Source: Cellulosilyticaceae bacterium (GTDB lineage Bacteria; Bacillota; Clostridia; Lachnospirales; Cellulosilyticaceae). Taken from it: a DNA stretch of 64,000 nt. The position numbers and the translations under genes are program-made. Positions within the stretch are counted from its first letter, which is position 1. Each line of letters opens with the position of its first letter. The notes beneath the pieces are model-generated. The model ran no database searches. It had not been told where the DNA came from and worked only from the letters and a program-made list of their open reading frames with translations. Location of the stretch: positions 2,660 to 66,659 of the forward strand of contig JAVVPO010000004.1 of assembly GCA_036655715.1 (NCBI GenBank), given 5' to 3'. Of the stretch, positions 48,122 to 58,142 are shown piece after piece.

Positions 48122-49315
48122 TTATTCTTTTTCGGTTGCTACTAGATTTTTCTGCTTACATTTATATATTCTATCTATATAGACTGAGATTAAAGCTGCC
48201 GTAGGCACAGAAAGTATCATACCCATACCACCAAAGTAGCTACCACCAATCAGTACAGCTATCAAAATCCATACGGGTGCAAGGCCTACTTTATCTCCTA
48301 CAATCTTCGGCTGTATCAGGTTCCCATCTACTTGTTGATACAGTAGTAATAAAACAGCGCCTAATATACCTAGTTTAAGACTCTCAAATACGCCCAGTGT
48401 GAATGCAAGTCCTGCACCTATGATTGGACCTACATACGGAATAACATTTGTTATTCCTGCTGCAACACCTATCAGGATAGCAAAAGGATGCCCTATAATA
48501 AGCATTAATACTGTAGATATAACCCCTACAATAAAGGATGCAAAGATCGTTCCAATTAGGAACTTCCCTACAATATCATCTAAGTCTTTGATAAATTGCT
48601 TCGTATTTTTTCTTACTTTTAAAGAAAGTATGATACTACTAAACTTATCTATTGCTGCAAATAACTTTTCTTTATCTTTAAGAAAATAGAATGTAAGAAT
48701 CACTGTTACTACAAAGTTAACCACAAATGAACTTACATCGCCAACAACTTTAGTACTTAGACTAATAATTCCCTCGCCTAAAGTTTTTAACACAACACTT
48801 ACATCTGATAAGATTTCCATACTATTTTGTGTAGGAATACTTTGCCCTGAAATATTAAGAGTCGTCATATATTCATTTAATTCATTAATCCACCTCACCA
48901 CATTTGCCTCAAACTGTGGCAATGAACTAAGGAGTATATTTACATTGGTAATAAGCGGTGGCACAATGAAATTGATAAGCATCACAATAAGCCATATGAC
49001 CAAAACAAACATAGTTGCCACACTTATTAGTCTGACAATCCCTTTAGCTCTTTTGGTTGGGTGTTTTTTGTAAATAAACTTAAAGATCAACTTCTCCATA
49101 TACATCATAGGATAGTACAATAAATAGGCTATAATAAAAGCCCAAAATATAGGTGCTATAATGTGTAAAAAATCTCCTATTATTCCCCCTATTAGACCAA
49201 TCAACTGTGGTCCTTCTTTAACTAAATTAAATCCTATAAATAATAAAACCCCAGTTATGACAACTAAACCTATAGTTTGCCTGTATTTTTTATTTGTTAT
49301 GATTTCTTTTATCAT
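48122..49315 (-). CDS. AI-2E family transporter (PerM/UPF0118) membrane protein
   Basis: 397 aa with about 8 TM spans. The C-terminal blocks NVIPY.GP.IG and Q..(D/E)GN.I.P.I.G are typical of the family. Confidence 0.8.
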   Translation of the reverse strand: MIKEIITNKKYRQTIGLVVITGVLLFIGFNLVKEGPQLIGLIGGIIGDFLHIIAPIFWAFIIAYLLYYPMMYMEKLIFKFIYKKHPTKRAKGIVRLISVATMFVLVIWLIVMLINFIVPPLITNVNILLSSLPQFEANVVRWINELNEYMTTLNISGQSIPTQNSMEILSDVSVVLKTLGEGIISLSTKVVGDVSSFVVNFVVTVILTFYFLKDKEKLFAAIDKFSSIILSLKVRKNTKQFIKDLDDIVGKFLIGTIFASFIVGVISTVLMLIIGHPFAILIGVAAGITNVIPYVGPIIGAGLAFTLGVFESLKLGILGAVLLLLYQQVDGNLIQPKIVGDKVGLAPVWILIAVLIGGSYFGGMGMILSVPTAALISVYIDRIYKCKQKNLVATEKE

Positions 49316-49439
49316 TCAAATATCCTTTCTACTTCTTATCACTCATATCATTTTTCTTTTTTATCTTTATACTATTTACGTTTCTATCATAAATTCTTTA
49401 CATGAATAAATTAAGTAGATAGCTTATCTGATACTTAGT

Positions 49440-51284
49440 TTATGGGGTTAATTGATACTTGTTAAACTCATAAATCATTTGGCATGCTTCACCTATAGTA
49501 AACTTTTCAGATTTCACTATATTATTATACGTATCTATTGAAAGTATACCCCTATCTTTCAGATGTAATAACGCTTCTTCTTTTTGAACCTCTTCATTCA
49601 TAAAACTACACAGTATCTTTGCCGCTTCTTCTTTAGTAACTAACTTGTCAGAGAAATTCATATTGACGCGATTAGTCCCCACACCACTTCGTTTGAGACT
49701 TTCTATTAACCAGTTTAAAAACTTAGTTTCTGTTATTTCTTTTTCAAGTCCAAAGTCATTCGTGTATCCCCCATTTAAAATACCCATGCGCAGCATAAAC
49801 CTCACACCTTCTGCTGCCCAATAATCTTTATACGCATAATTATAATTAAAATCTTCTAAATAAGCACCTTGTTTTTTCAATATTGTCTGAATTTCTTTTA
49901 TAGCTTCAGCCCGAGAGGCTATCTCTCTAAATCCTATCTCATTGGCTATACTATACGCACTTGCTACACCTGCTGCTTCTCCTACAGCCATACCAATAGG
50001 TATAACTCTGCTGCTTCCATGTGCTAGTGAAGAATAGCTTGCTGCTCGTCCTACAACTAATAGGTTATCTATCTGCTTAGGTACTATACATCTAAAAGGT
50101 ATACTATAAGTATCTGGTGCACCCACTACGTAACCTTTATTGTCCATAGATGTGGTTTGTATATCTATAGGATAAGATGCTAGTGCAATTTTATCTTCAA
50201 AATCTCTGTTTTCTATAAGGTCTATAATGTCTAACGTATATTCTCCCTCTATATGTCTTGTTTCTCTAATATAGAGTTCTTCTACTACTCCGCCAAATTC
50301 ACTTTGCTCAAACCCTGGTAAGTGTTCTCGCATATAGTCTGTTACTTTTTGGGCTTCTATCTCACCAATTTCTAGAGCTTTACGTTTTTGCTCCGCATCT
50401 AGTCCATTTATATTTAGTATTTGTATAGCATTGATTAGTACTGAACCATCATCTTGTAACCCTATATTCGGACCCCTTACTTTTACATTATCATGTACTG
50501 GAATATATTCCCCCATGATTTTTGAGAACCCCCATGCCGAATATCTATTCGCATCACTACTATATTTGTTGCTATCTTTACGTAATGCATGACGTAATTC
50601 TTTCCAATCCACATTATTCACTTTGAAAACTAAAGTGACTGCTTGGTGTTCATTTTTATGCAAATCCGTCATACCTGTATAATAAGGTGCCCCACTAGCT
50701 GCTGCTATATCTGCATCTTGAGTTGCATCAATTACTCTACTGCTTTTAATTTCTTTGACTGCTTTGTTAACTTGAACTTGTATACCTACTATTTTATTAT
50801 CTTTTAAGACAGGTTTGATCTCCTCTACACCTAGCATCACCGTTATATTTTCTTCAGCATTTAGCATATTAATAAACGCTTTTTCTCCTGTCTCTACATC
50901 AAATGAATACCTAGAAAATTTTTGAATTTTGGTAAAGTTAAACGGATGTAATTTATCAAAAAATTCTTCAAATATTCCCTGAGTAAGTAGCTGATTCTTT
51001 GGTCCAAAGTTCATATCGATTGTATTTAATCCGCCTACAGTCATCAATCCTCCGATAGACTCCCTTGTATCTACAAGCAATGTCTCTAGCCCATTACGTG
51101 CACTTGACAAAGCAGCAGCTATTCCCTCTGGGTCTGAGCCGACTACAATAACATCATAATGCTCCTCATAACTCTTACTATCTATCATTACAACCTTTTG
51201 GCTATTTGGGGATAATGCCACTCCTATCATAGCTACTACTAGACTTATTAACGCGATTAGTTTTACTACCTTATGTTTCTTCAT
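49440..51284 (-). CDS. Exported FAD-dependent oxidoreductase-like protein with C-terminal SLH-like repeats
   Basis: 614 aa with an N-terminal signal or anchor (KVVKLIALISLVVAMIGVAL). The dinucleotide-binding start is YDVIVVGSDPEGIAAALSSARNG. The C-terminal ~130 aa carry two segments resembling S-layer-homology repeats (YWAAEGVRFMLRMGILNGGY..FGLEKEIT). Confidence 0.6.
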   Translation of the reverse strand: MKKHKVVKLIALISLVVAMIGVALSPNSQKVVMIDSKSYEEHYDVIVVGSDPEGIAAALSSARNGLETLLVDTRESIGGLMTVGGLNTIDMNFGPKNQLLTQGIFEEFFDKLHPFNFTKIQKFSRYSFDVETGEKAFINMLNAEENITVMLGVEEIKPVLKDNKIVGIQVQVNKAVKEIKSSRVIDATQDADIAAASGAPYYTGMTDLHKNEHQAVTLVFKVNNVDWKELRHALRKDSNKYSSDANRYSAWGFSKIMGEYIPVHDNVKVRGPNIGLQDDGSVLINAIQILNINGLDAEQKRKALEIGEIEAQKVTDYMREHLPGFEQSEFGGVVEELYIRETRHIEGEYTLDIIDLIENRDFEDKIALASYPIDIQTTSMDNKGYVVGAPDTYSIPFRCIVPKQIDNLLVVGRAASYSSLAHGSSRVIPIGMAVGEAAGVASAYSIANEIGFREIASRAEAIKEIQTILKKQGAYLEDFNYNYAYKDYWAAEGVRFMLRMGILNGGYTNDFGLEKEITETKFLNWLIESLKRSGVGTNRVNMNFSDKLVTKEEAAKILCSFMNEEVQKEEALLHLKDRGILSIDTYNNIVKSEKFTIGEACQMIYEFNKYQLTP

Positions 51285-51360
51285 GTACCCTCCCTATGCT
51301 TAGTCTTGTGTCTATTTTTTATTTTATCATACGTGCCACGAAATAGTCTACGTCATAAAT

Positions 51361-51400
51361 AATAAGACTCCTAAGGTTTTATCACCTAGGAGTCTTATTA
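51361..51400 (-). terminator. Hairpin after dtd (probable terminator)
   Basis: ~15-bp stem aataagactcct(a)agg / cctaggagtcttatt with one bulge. The downstream sequence on the minus strand is only moderately U-rich. Confidence 0.5.
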
Positions 51401-51406
51401 TCTCTA

Positions 51407-51856
51407 TTATATAATCTTGCTACTATCTAACAAAATCGTTACAGGTCCATCATTTAAAAGTCTAACTTTCATATCTGCTTGGAACTGTCCGGTCTGAAAT
51501 GGTACATCTTGTTGACTTAATTTCTGAATAAATCTATCATATTTCACTTGGGCAACACCTGGGCTACCTGATGCCATAAAACTAGGTCTCATACCTTTAG
51601 TTGCATCACCATAGAGCGTGAAGTTAGGTACAATCAGTACTTCACCTTTTATATCTCTTATGGATAAGTTCATCTTATCCGCATCATCTTCAAAAATCCT
51701 TAATCCTAATACCTTATTAATGATATATTCCATATCTTTTTCTGTGTCATCTGCTTTAATACCTACAAGTACCAATAACCCCTTATCTATGTTGGCCACT
51801 TGTAGCCCATCTATCGTCACAGATGCTTCTGTTACCCTTTGTACAACGGATCTCAT
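51407..51856 (-). CDS. dtd: D-aminoacyl-tRNA deacylase
   Basis: The true start is most likely the ATG at 51856 (MRSVVQRV..., SD AAAGGAGAAG), 10 nt after the relA stop. The ORF-track start at 51892 would overlap relA. Confidence 0.9.
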   Translation of the reverse strand: MRSVVQRVTEASVTIDGLQVANIDKGLLVLVGIKADDTEKDMEYIINKVLGLRIFEDDADKMNLSIRDIKGEVLIVPNFTLYGDATKGMRPSFMASGSPGVAQVKYDRFIQKLSQQDVPFQTGQFQADMKVRLLNDGPVTILLDSSKII

Positions 51857-51866
51857 AACTTCTCCT

Positions 51867-54107
51867 TTAAGAGGATACCCGAGTAACCTCAACTACATCT
51901 TGAATTTGTCTTGATTTTCTTATAAGCTCTTCTAATTGGTACGTATGAGTAATCTCTATACGCACATTAAAGATAGCTTCGCTATTTTTAGTTGTTCTTG
52001 CATTAAGCGATTTAACTGGAATCTTCATATCTGTAAGCACTTTTGAAATATCTACAATAATACCTATACGATCTGTTCCTGTTATCTGAATCTCTGTAAT
52101 ATAAGTTCTCTTTGTTTCTTCTTCTTTAAACCAATCAGCTTCTATCAGTCTTTCTTTTTCATATTCTGGCATGTGAATGATATTTACACAATCCGTCCTA
52201 TGAATAGATACACCTCTACCTCGTGTGATATAGCCTACAATCTCATCACCTGGAAGTGGCCTACAACATCTTGAGAATCTAACAGCTACATCACCTACAC
52301 CTCTTACAACAATACCACTCTTACTCTTTTGCGGCGTCTCATACTTCTCGCAAATAGGATGCTCATGCTGATTTAGAATTTCTTCCGGTGTTACAATTGA
52401 TTTTCTATTTTTAATATTTTCATCTATAAGTCTTTGAATAATTTGTTTTTCTTTGATGCTGCCATAACCTATAGATGCATAGACAGACTCCCAGCTTTTA
52501 AGCCCATACCTTCTATACACATTCTCCACACACTGTGAATCTAGTAATGTCCCTAGTACATAGCCTCTTTGTTTTGCACAAGCTTCTAAAAGCTCTTTTC
52601 CTCTTGTGATATCTTCTTGTTTATATTGTTTTCTAAACCATTGATTAATTTTTGTCTTCGCCTGTGTGCTTCTTACAATCTTTAACCAATCACGGCTAGG
52701 TCCTTTAGAGTTTTGTGAGGTAAGAATCTCTATACGGTCTCCATTCTTAATGACATACTCAAACGTTACAATTTTGCCATTTACTTTGGCTCCTGTCATC
52801 TTGTTACCTATATCACTATGGATATTATAAGCAAAGTCAATAGGTGTAGAACCCTTTGGTAAGGTAAGGAGCTCTCCTTTTGGTGTAAAGACATACACTT
52901 GGTCTGTATACACATCAAGATCAAGTTTTAATGCATCCATAAACTCTGCATTATCACTCATATCTCTTTGCCATTCAAGTATTTGTTTTAGCCAAGATAG
53001 CTTCTCTTCGGATCTATCTTTCTCGCTACCATCTGTTTTCCCCTCTATTTGTCCATCTTTGTACTTCCAGTGAGCTGCAATACCGTATTCAGCTGTACGG
53101 TGCATATCTTCTGTACGGATTTGCATCTCAAATGGCGTTCCTTCAAATCCCATAACTGTTGTATGCAAGGACTGGTACATATTAGGCTTAGGCATAGCTA
53201 TATAATCTTTAAATCTACCTGGAATAGGTGTATACATCTCATGAATAATTCCAAGTACCCCATAGCAATCTTTTACATTTTCAACTATAGCTCTTACTGC
53301 AAATAAATCATAAATTTGATCTAGTGTTTTATTCTTATTCACTATTTTTTTGTAGATACTAAAGAAATGCTTAGGTCTACCTTCTACCACAGCTTTAATC
53401 CCTGCTTCATCTAGTTTTTGTTTGATATGTTCTACTATTTCTTCAATATACTGAATACGTTCTACACGTTTCTTAGATATCTTATGCGCCAGATCATAGT
53501 AAACCTCTGGTTCTATATATCTTAAAGACAGATCCTCTAAATCTGCTTTAATTTTACAAATACCTAATCTATGAGCAATCGGTGCATAGATATTAAGTGT
53601 TTCTTGAGCCTTTTCTTTTTGCTTATGGGGTGGCATATATTTAAGCGTCTGCATATTATGCAGTCTATCTGCAAGTTTAATAAGGACAACCCTAATATCT
53701 TGCGCCATAGCTAAAAACATTTTTCTATAATTTTCAGCTTGTATTTCTTCTTTTTGAAGTTGTCTATTTTGAGAAGAATACTGTATTTGTCCAAGCTTTG
53801 TCACACCATCTACTAATAAAGCTACTTCTTTATTAAATATACGTTCTATATCCTCAAGGGTATAATCTGTATCCTCTACGACATCATGTAGGAGACCAGC
53901 TGTAATAGATTCTATATCCAGTTCCAAATCAGCAAGTATATATGCTACTTCTAATGGGTGTATGATATAAGGTTCTCCCGACTTTCTGAGTTGTCCTGTA
54001 TGCGCCTCATTTGCTAAATTATAGGCCTTCTCTACCATACTTAAATCATCAGAAGGGTGGTACGAACGTATTCTATTAATTAGCTTTTTATAAATTTCAC
54101 CCGGCAT
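51867..54107 (-). CDS. relA: Bifunctional (p)ppGpp synthetase/hydrolase (RelA/SpoT homolog)
   Basis: 746 aa. It has an HD hydrolase domain (HPLEVA..LHDVVEDT), a synthetase domain, and TGS and ACT-like C-terminal domains. Confidence 0.95.
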   Translation of the reverse strand: MPGEIYKKLINRIRSYHPSDDLSMVEKAYNLANEAHTGQLRKSGEPYIIHPLEVAYILADLELDIESITAGLLHDVVEDTDYTLEDIERIFNKEVALLVDGVTKLGQIQYSSQNRQLQKEEIQAENYRKMFLAMAQDIRVVLIKLADRLHNMQTLKYMPPHKQKEKAQETLNIYAPIAHRLGICKIKADLEDLSLRYIEPEVYYDLAHKISKKRVERIQYIEEIVEHIKQKLDEAGIKAVVEGRPKHFFSIYKKIVNKNKTLDQIYDLFAVRAIVENVKDCYGVLGIIHEMYTPIPGRFKDYIAMPKPNMYQSLHTTVMGFEGTPFEMQIRTEDMHRTAEYGIAAHWKYKDGQIEGKTDGSEKDRSEEKLSWLKQILEWQRDMSDNAEFMDALKLDLDVYTDQVYVFTPKGELLTLPKGSTPIDFAYNIHSDIGNKMTGAKVNGKIVTFEYVIKNGDRIEILTSQNSKGPSRDWLKIVRSTQAKTKINQWFRKQYKQEDITRGKELLEACAKQRGYVLGTLLDSQCVENVYRRYGLKSWESVYASIGYGSIKEKQIIQRLIDENIKNRKSIVTPEEILNQHEHPICEKYETPQKSKSGIVVRGVGDVAVRFSRCCRPLPGDEIVGYITRGRGVSIHRTDCVNIIHMPEYEKERLIEADWFKEEETKRTYITEIQITGTDRIGIIVDISKVLTDMKIPVKSLNARTTKNSEAIFNVRIEITHTYQLEELIRKSRQIQDVVEVTRVSS

Positions 54108-54155
54108 GTTGTACCCCCTTAGGCTTAAATTCTACATAATTTTTATATTATTAAT

Positions 54156-54184
54156 ATTATAGACATGTTATAAGAAAAATTCAA
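54156..54184 (-). promoter_or_regulatory. Sigma-A-type promoter for relA-dtd
   Basis: On the minus strand, TTGAAT (54179-54184), 17 nt, then TATAAT (54156-54161). Confidence 0.55.
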
Positions 54185-54269
54185 TGCTATTCCTTGATTA
54201 ATCTTGAATAAATATTAGAATATACTATTTTTATCTTATGTTTTCCTCTATAAAAGCGTTCTCTAATAG

Positions 54270-54316
54270 AAAAAAGAGCTAATTATAACTTTTAAAGTTT
54301 AATTAGCTCTTTTTTC
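54270..54316. terminator. Terminator after apt
   Basis: 10-bp stem agagctaatt (54275-54284) / aattagctct (54301-54310), with an A-run before it and a T-run after it. Confidence 0.75.
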
Positions 54317-54328
54317 TATTAACTATTA

Positions 54329-54841
54329 TTAGTATTTTAATAAAGATACAACGTCTTTACCTTCTAATAAAGCTCTACCATTTAAATCTTCAAGTTCAAT
54401 TAAGTAAACAATCTTAACAACTTCTCCACCTAATTTTTCAATAAGTTCTACCATAGCTTGTGTTGTTCCACCCGTTGCTAAAAGGTCATCAATGATAACT
54501 ACTTTTTGTCCTGGTGTAATAGAGTCGATATGCATCTCGATAGTATTGCTACCATACTCTAAATCATAGCTTTGAGAAATAGTTTGATATGGTAATTTAC
54601 CTGGTTTTCTAACTGGTACAAATCCTTTTTCTAATTTGTATGCTAGAGGTACACCAAAAATAAATCCTCTTGATTCTGGTCCTATTACTAGGTCAAAATC
54701 TATTCCTTCTACTTCTTTTGCCATTGCATCAACAGCGTATGTTAAACCTTTTGGATCTTGCAATAATGGTGTAATATCTCTAAACAGAATACCTTCTTTT
54801 GGGAAGTTCTCTATATCACGAATGAGAGAATATAAATCCAT
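54329..54841 (-). CDS. apt: Adenine phosphoribosyltransferase
   Basis: It has the PRPP-binding motif VVIIDDLLATGGT. The ATG at 54841 (MDLYSLIRDI.., SD AGGAGGAAG) is preferred over the ORF-track start at 54886, which overlaps recJ. Confidence 0.93.
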   Translation of the reverse strand: MDLYSLIRDIENFPKEGILFRDITPLLQDPKGLTYAVDAMAKEVEGIDFDLVIGPESRGFIFGVPLAYKLEKGFVPVRKPGKLPYQTISQSYDLEYGSNTIEMHIDSITPGQKVVIIDDLLATGGTTQAMVELIEKLGGEVVKIVYLIELEDLNGRALLEGKDVVSLLKY

Positions 54842-54870
54842 GCTGCTTCCTCCTGCTCTTTTCATTATTT

Positions 54871-57201
54871 TTAGTTGCACATACATCCTGCAAATTTTTG
54901 AAGATGCATGTATCTTTTTGAATGCTCAAGATTTGTTTTAGATGATAACTTCATTTCATATGTTATCTTATCATCTATCAGCTTATAGCATATAAGCCCT
55001 AATTCCTCAAATACATCTAATGCTTGAAGCAATTTGTATTCTGTCATATTACATGTATCAAGTGAGCTTACCGCTTTGTGTATATATATATAATTTTGTT
55101 TATTATTCTTCAAAAATTTATATATCACCTTACAATCTACATAGCTTGGAACCATCTTCGGTACTTGCTTGATGTGATTGTTTAGAGACGGATTGATACA
55201 AGTATAATCTATCTTTGTCTTAAAATCCCATTCATAATTAGTGTTCTCATTAAACTGATTATCTAATAACGAATTGACATAGATTATGGGCTCCTCTTTT
55301 AGGCCGTACCATTCATTATAACATATTTCATTTAAGTTAGTAATAGGTTTTTGCTGGTTTTTATAAATTTTATAGATTTCTTTTAGACCATTTTCAGTAA
55401 ATACATTAACCCGATCTGTAGTACTAGCCATTTTATGAATGTTAACTTCACTTCTTTTAATAATCTCTGGCTCTTTCATATAGTTATACAAAGAAAGATA
55501 ATATTTACTTTCCATCACTTTTTCTGCTGGAGATTGGATATCTTTAATCCTTATTTGTACAGTCGTTCGACCATTCCATTCATTTTTCACTATTTCTCCG
55601 GCAATAATCACTTCTTCCCCTTCACTTAAATACTCAGCTAAGTATCCTTTGCCAAAGCCTACTCCTTGAAACACATTTTGCCCTTTTTGAATAGATAGCT
55701 TAAGGTGCTTATTATCTTGGCCTATTTGTTGTATATATTGAATTTCACCACTAATGGCAAAGGTAGGTGATGGATTAGCTGAGCCAAAAGGTTCTAGCTG
55801 CTCTAATTCATTACATAATGATAAAGTCAATTCGTTAGCCTCTATCTCTGTATCTATGTCCAAACAAGGTGTTAATAATTCTTCCGCCAAATGCTCCTCA
55901 GTATAGCTACTTATATCGCTTATAAATATCTCTAGCATTTTTTCATCAAGAGAAAGCCCTGCTGCCATTTCATGTCCACCAAATCTTATCAGCTTATCTC
56001 TATTATGATTAATGGCTTCAAAAATATTAAATCCTGCTATACTTCTAGCTGATCCTGAATATACCCCATCTTCTAATGTTAAAATGATAGTTGGCTTATA
56101 ATATTGTCCCATAATACGTGAAGCAACTATTCCTATTACGCCATGATGCCATTTTTTTCCTGCTACAATAATAATTTTTTCTTTTTCTACATCTATATTT
56201 TCATCTATATAACGCTGAGCTTCTTCTACTATCTGAGCTTCCATCTCTTGGCGTTTTTTATTTTCCGCATCCAGTAGGAGTGCAATTTTTTTAGCTTTTT
56301 CTAAATCTCTCGTTACTAAAAGCTCTACCCCAAGTTTTGCATCACTTATTCTTCCTGCAGCATTGATTCTAGGTCCTAATTGATAGCCTATTAGATTAGA
56401 TGTAATCTTATTATCTTTAGTTTGCAACAAACCTAATAGCGCTTTAAGTCCCACATGTACTGTTTTACCCATTTGCATAAATCCTAGATAAGTAATAACT
56501 CTATTTTCATCTTCTAAGGGAACTACATCAGCTACTGTTCCTAGTGCCACAATATCTAAGTACTGCCAGATTTGATCTTCTACGTCTTCCCTTATAGCTA
56601 AAGCATGTATCAACTTGAATGTTACTCCCACTCCTGCTAAGGCATCAAACGGATATGTACTCCCGGGTCTTTTAGGATTGATAACACAGTAAGCTGCTGG
56701 TAGCTCCTCTTGACACTCATGATGATCTGTTATAATAATGTCTAATCCTATTTCTTTTGCATAGCTTACCTCATCTATAGCTGCTATACCTGTATCTACG
56801 GTAATAACAAGATTTGCATATTCCTCAATCTTTTTAAGTGCTTCTTTGTTCAGACCATACCCCTCAGTTTGCCTATTCGGGATATAATAAGAAACTTCAT
56901 ATCCTAAAGATTTTAAAAATATATATAAAATAGATGTACTCGTCACACCATCTACATCATAATCTCCATAAATGACAATTTCTTTTCCCTCTTGCTTCAC
57001 ACGCCTTATTCTCTCTACTGCTCTTTCCATATCACTTAATAAATAAGGATTATATAATTGCGTTTGACTTGGATGTAAGAACTTGTATCTTGCCTCCGCA
57101 CCATCTATTCCTCTATTATCTAATATCTGTTCTATAATATGGGCTTTCGTACCATTGTTTTTACTGTTCCATTTATACTTGCTTGGTAACAAATTTTTCA
57201 C
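54871..57201 (-). CDS. recJ: Single-stranded-DNA-specific exonuclease RecJ with a long C-terminal extension
   Basis: 776 aa with DHH motifs IYGDYDVDGVTS, TVDTG and ITDHHE, plus a DHHA1 region GGH..AAG. The exact start (GTG at 57201 or the in-frame TTG 9 nt downstream) is uncertain. Confidence 0.9.
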   Translation of the reverse strand: MKNLLPSKYKWNSKNNGTKAHIIEQILDNRGIDGAEARYKFLHPSQTQLYNPYLLSDMERAVERIRRVKQEGKEIVIYGDYDVDGVTSTSILYIFLKSLGYEVSYYIPNRQTEGYGLNKEALKKIEEYANLVITVDTGIAAIDEVSYAKEIGLDIIITDHHECQEELPAAYCVINPKRPGSTYPFDALAGVGVTFKLIHALAIREDVEDQIWQYLDIVALGTVADVVPLEDENRVITYLGFMQMGKTVHVGLKALLGLLQTKDNKITSNLIGYQLGPRINAAGRISDAKLGVELLVTRDLEKAKKIALLLDAENKKRQEMEAQIVEEAQRYIDENIDVEKEKIIIVAGKKWHHGVIGIVASRIMGQYYKPTIILTLEDGVYSGSARSIAGFNIFEAINHNRDKLIRFGGHEMAAGLSLDEKMLEIFISDISSYTEEHLAEELLTPCLDIDTEIEANELTLSLCNELEQLEPFGSANPSPTFAISGEIQYIQQIGQDNKHLKLSIQKGQNVFQGVGFGKGYLAEYLSEGEEVIIAGEIVKNEWNGRTTVQIRIKDIQSPAEKVMESKYYLSLYNYMKEPEIIKRSEVNIHKMASTTDRVNVFTENGLKEIYKIYKNQQKPITNLNEICYNEWYGLKEEPIIYVNSLLDNQFNENTNYEWDFKTKIDYTCINPSLNNHIKQVPKMVPSYVDCKVIYKFLKNNKQNYIYIHKAVSSLDTCNMTEYKLLQALDVFEELGLICYKLIDDKITYEMKLSSKTNLEHSKRYMHLQKFAGCMCN

Positions 57202-57334
57202 CCTTTCTCATTTTCATATCTCTAATTATAACATATTTTATTCTATACCCAATTTATTTATTTTTTATAGCTGTACAATGGAATTATATTTATGATATAA
57301 TTTATACGTTATTTACTTAAATAGGAGTGTTATT

Positions 57335-57700
57335 ATGTCGGAAAAATTTCAAGTAGGTCAAATTATTGAAGGAACTGTTACAGGAGTAAAACCATTTGGT
57401 GCTTTTGTGTCCCTTGACGCAACAACTCAAGGTCTAGTTCATATCTCTCATGTAACTCATGGTTTCTTAGAAAACATTGCAGAGGCAGTTAAAGTGGGAG
57501 ATGTAGTTAAAGTTAAAATTTTATCTATTGATTCAGAAAAAGGTAAAATTTCTCTTTCTATGAAAAATGCTAAACCAGCTCCACCTAGACAACAACAAAA
57601 AAAGGAAATTCCAATTGAGGATTTTGAAACCCTTATGAAGAATTTCATGAAAGACTCTAATGACCGTCATACTGATATTAACAAACGCTTAAATCGTTAA
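57335..57700 (+). CDS. S1 RNA-binding domain protein (YabR / general stress protein 13-like)
   Basis: 121 aa with the S1 fold signature G.I.EG.VTGV.PFGAFV.L.....GLVHIS and SD TAGGAGT. Confidence 0.85.
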   Translation: MSEKFQVGQIIEGTVTGVKPFGAFVSLDATTQGLVHISHVTHGFLENIAEAVKVGDVVKVKILSIDSEKGKISLSMKNAKPAPPRQQQKKEIPIEDFETLMKNFMKDSNDRHTDINKRLNR

Positions 57701-57740
57701 TAAGGTCTCTAGAAACTTTTTGACACAATTTAATAAAAAT

Positions 57741-57773
57741 AAAAAAGCCTAGCTATTTTGCTAGGCTTTTTTA
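57741..57773 (+). terminator. Rho-independent terminator
   Basis: agcctagc (57746-57753) - tatttt - gctaggct (57760-57767), followed by tttttt. Confidence 0.8.
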
Positions 57774-58075
57774 TTTCCACCAATGACATCTACTAACTTA
57801 GTTCCTATTAGTAACTTAAAGTCCGCTATTGATGCTTTTTGGGAGATTATGATACTTTTAAAGTTGCCTTCCAATCTATGACTCTTGCTAATTTTGATTC
57901 GGTTTGGATATAACTTGTTGAAAAATTAGACGTCACACTAGAAATCATCCACACAACTAGCCAAGATACGCCCACCACACAAGGTTTGTTCTCTCCCATG
58001 ACCATAGATGTAATAGAATATGTATACTACCTTAAACCTCAAAATATGCGTACTGATTACATTTAAGTAAATAAT

Positions 58076-58114
58076 CAAAAAAGCTGGTCTCTGTATAAAT
58101 TACAGAAACCAGCT
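58076..58114 (-). terminator. Terminator after secF
   Basis: On the minus strand AGCTGGTTTCTGTA-attta-TACAGAGACCAGCT followed by TTTTTT. The 14-bp stem has one mismatch. Confidence 0.75.
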
Positions 58115-58142
58115 TTTAGTAGTCTAGAGTTTTCACTTGTTT

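Noticed and set aside
51857-51892. N-terminal extensions in the ORF track: dtd 51892, apt 54886, MBL hydrolase 47995, SDR 24010, hisS 44592, heparinase-like 16962, SBP2 9767, TetR 25276
   Set aside because: In each case an internal start codon has a properly spaced SD and gives the N-terminus typical of the family. The longer version lacks an SD or overlaps the upstream gene.
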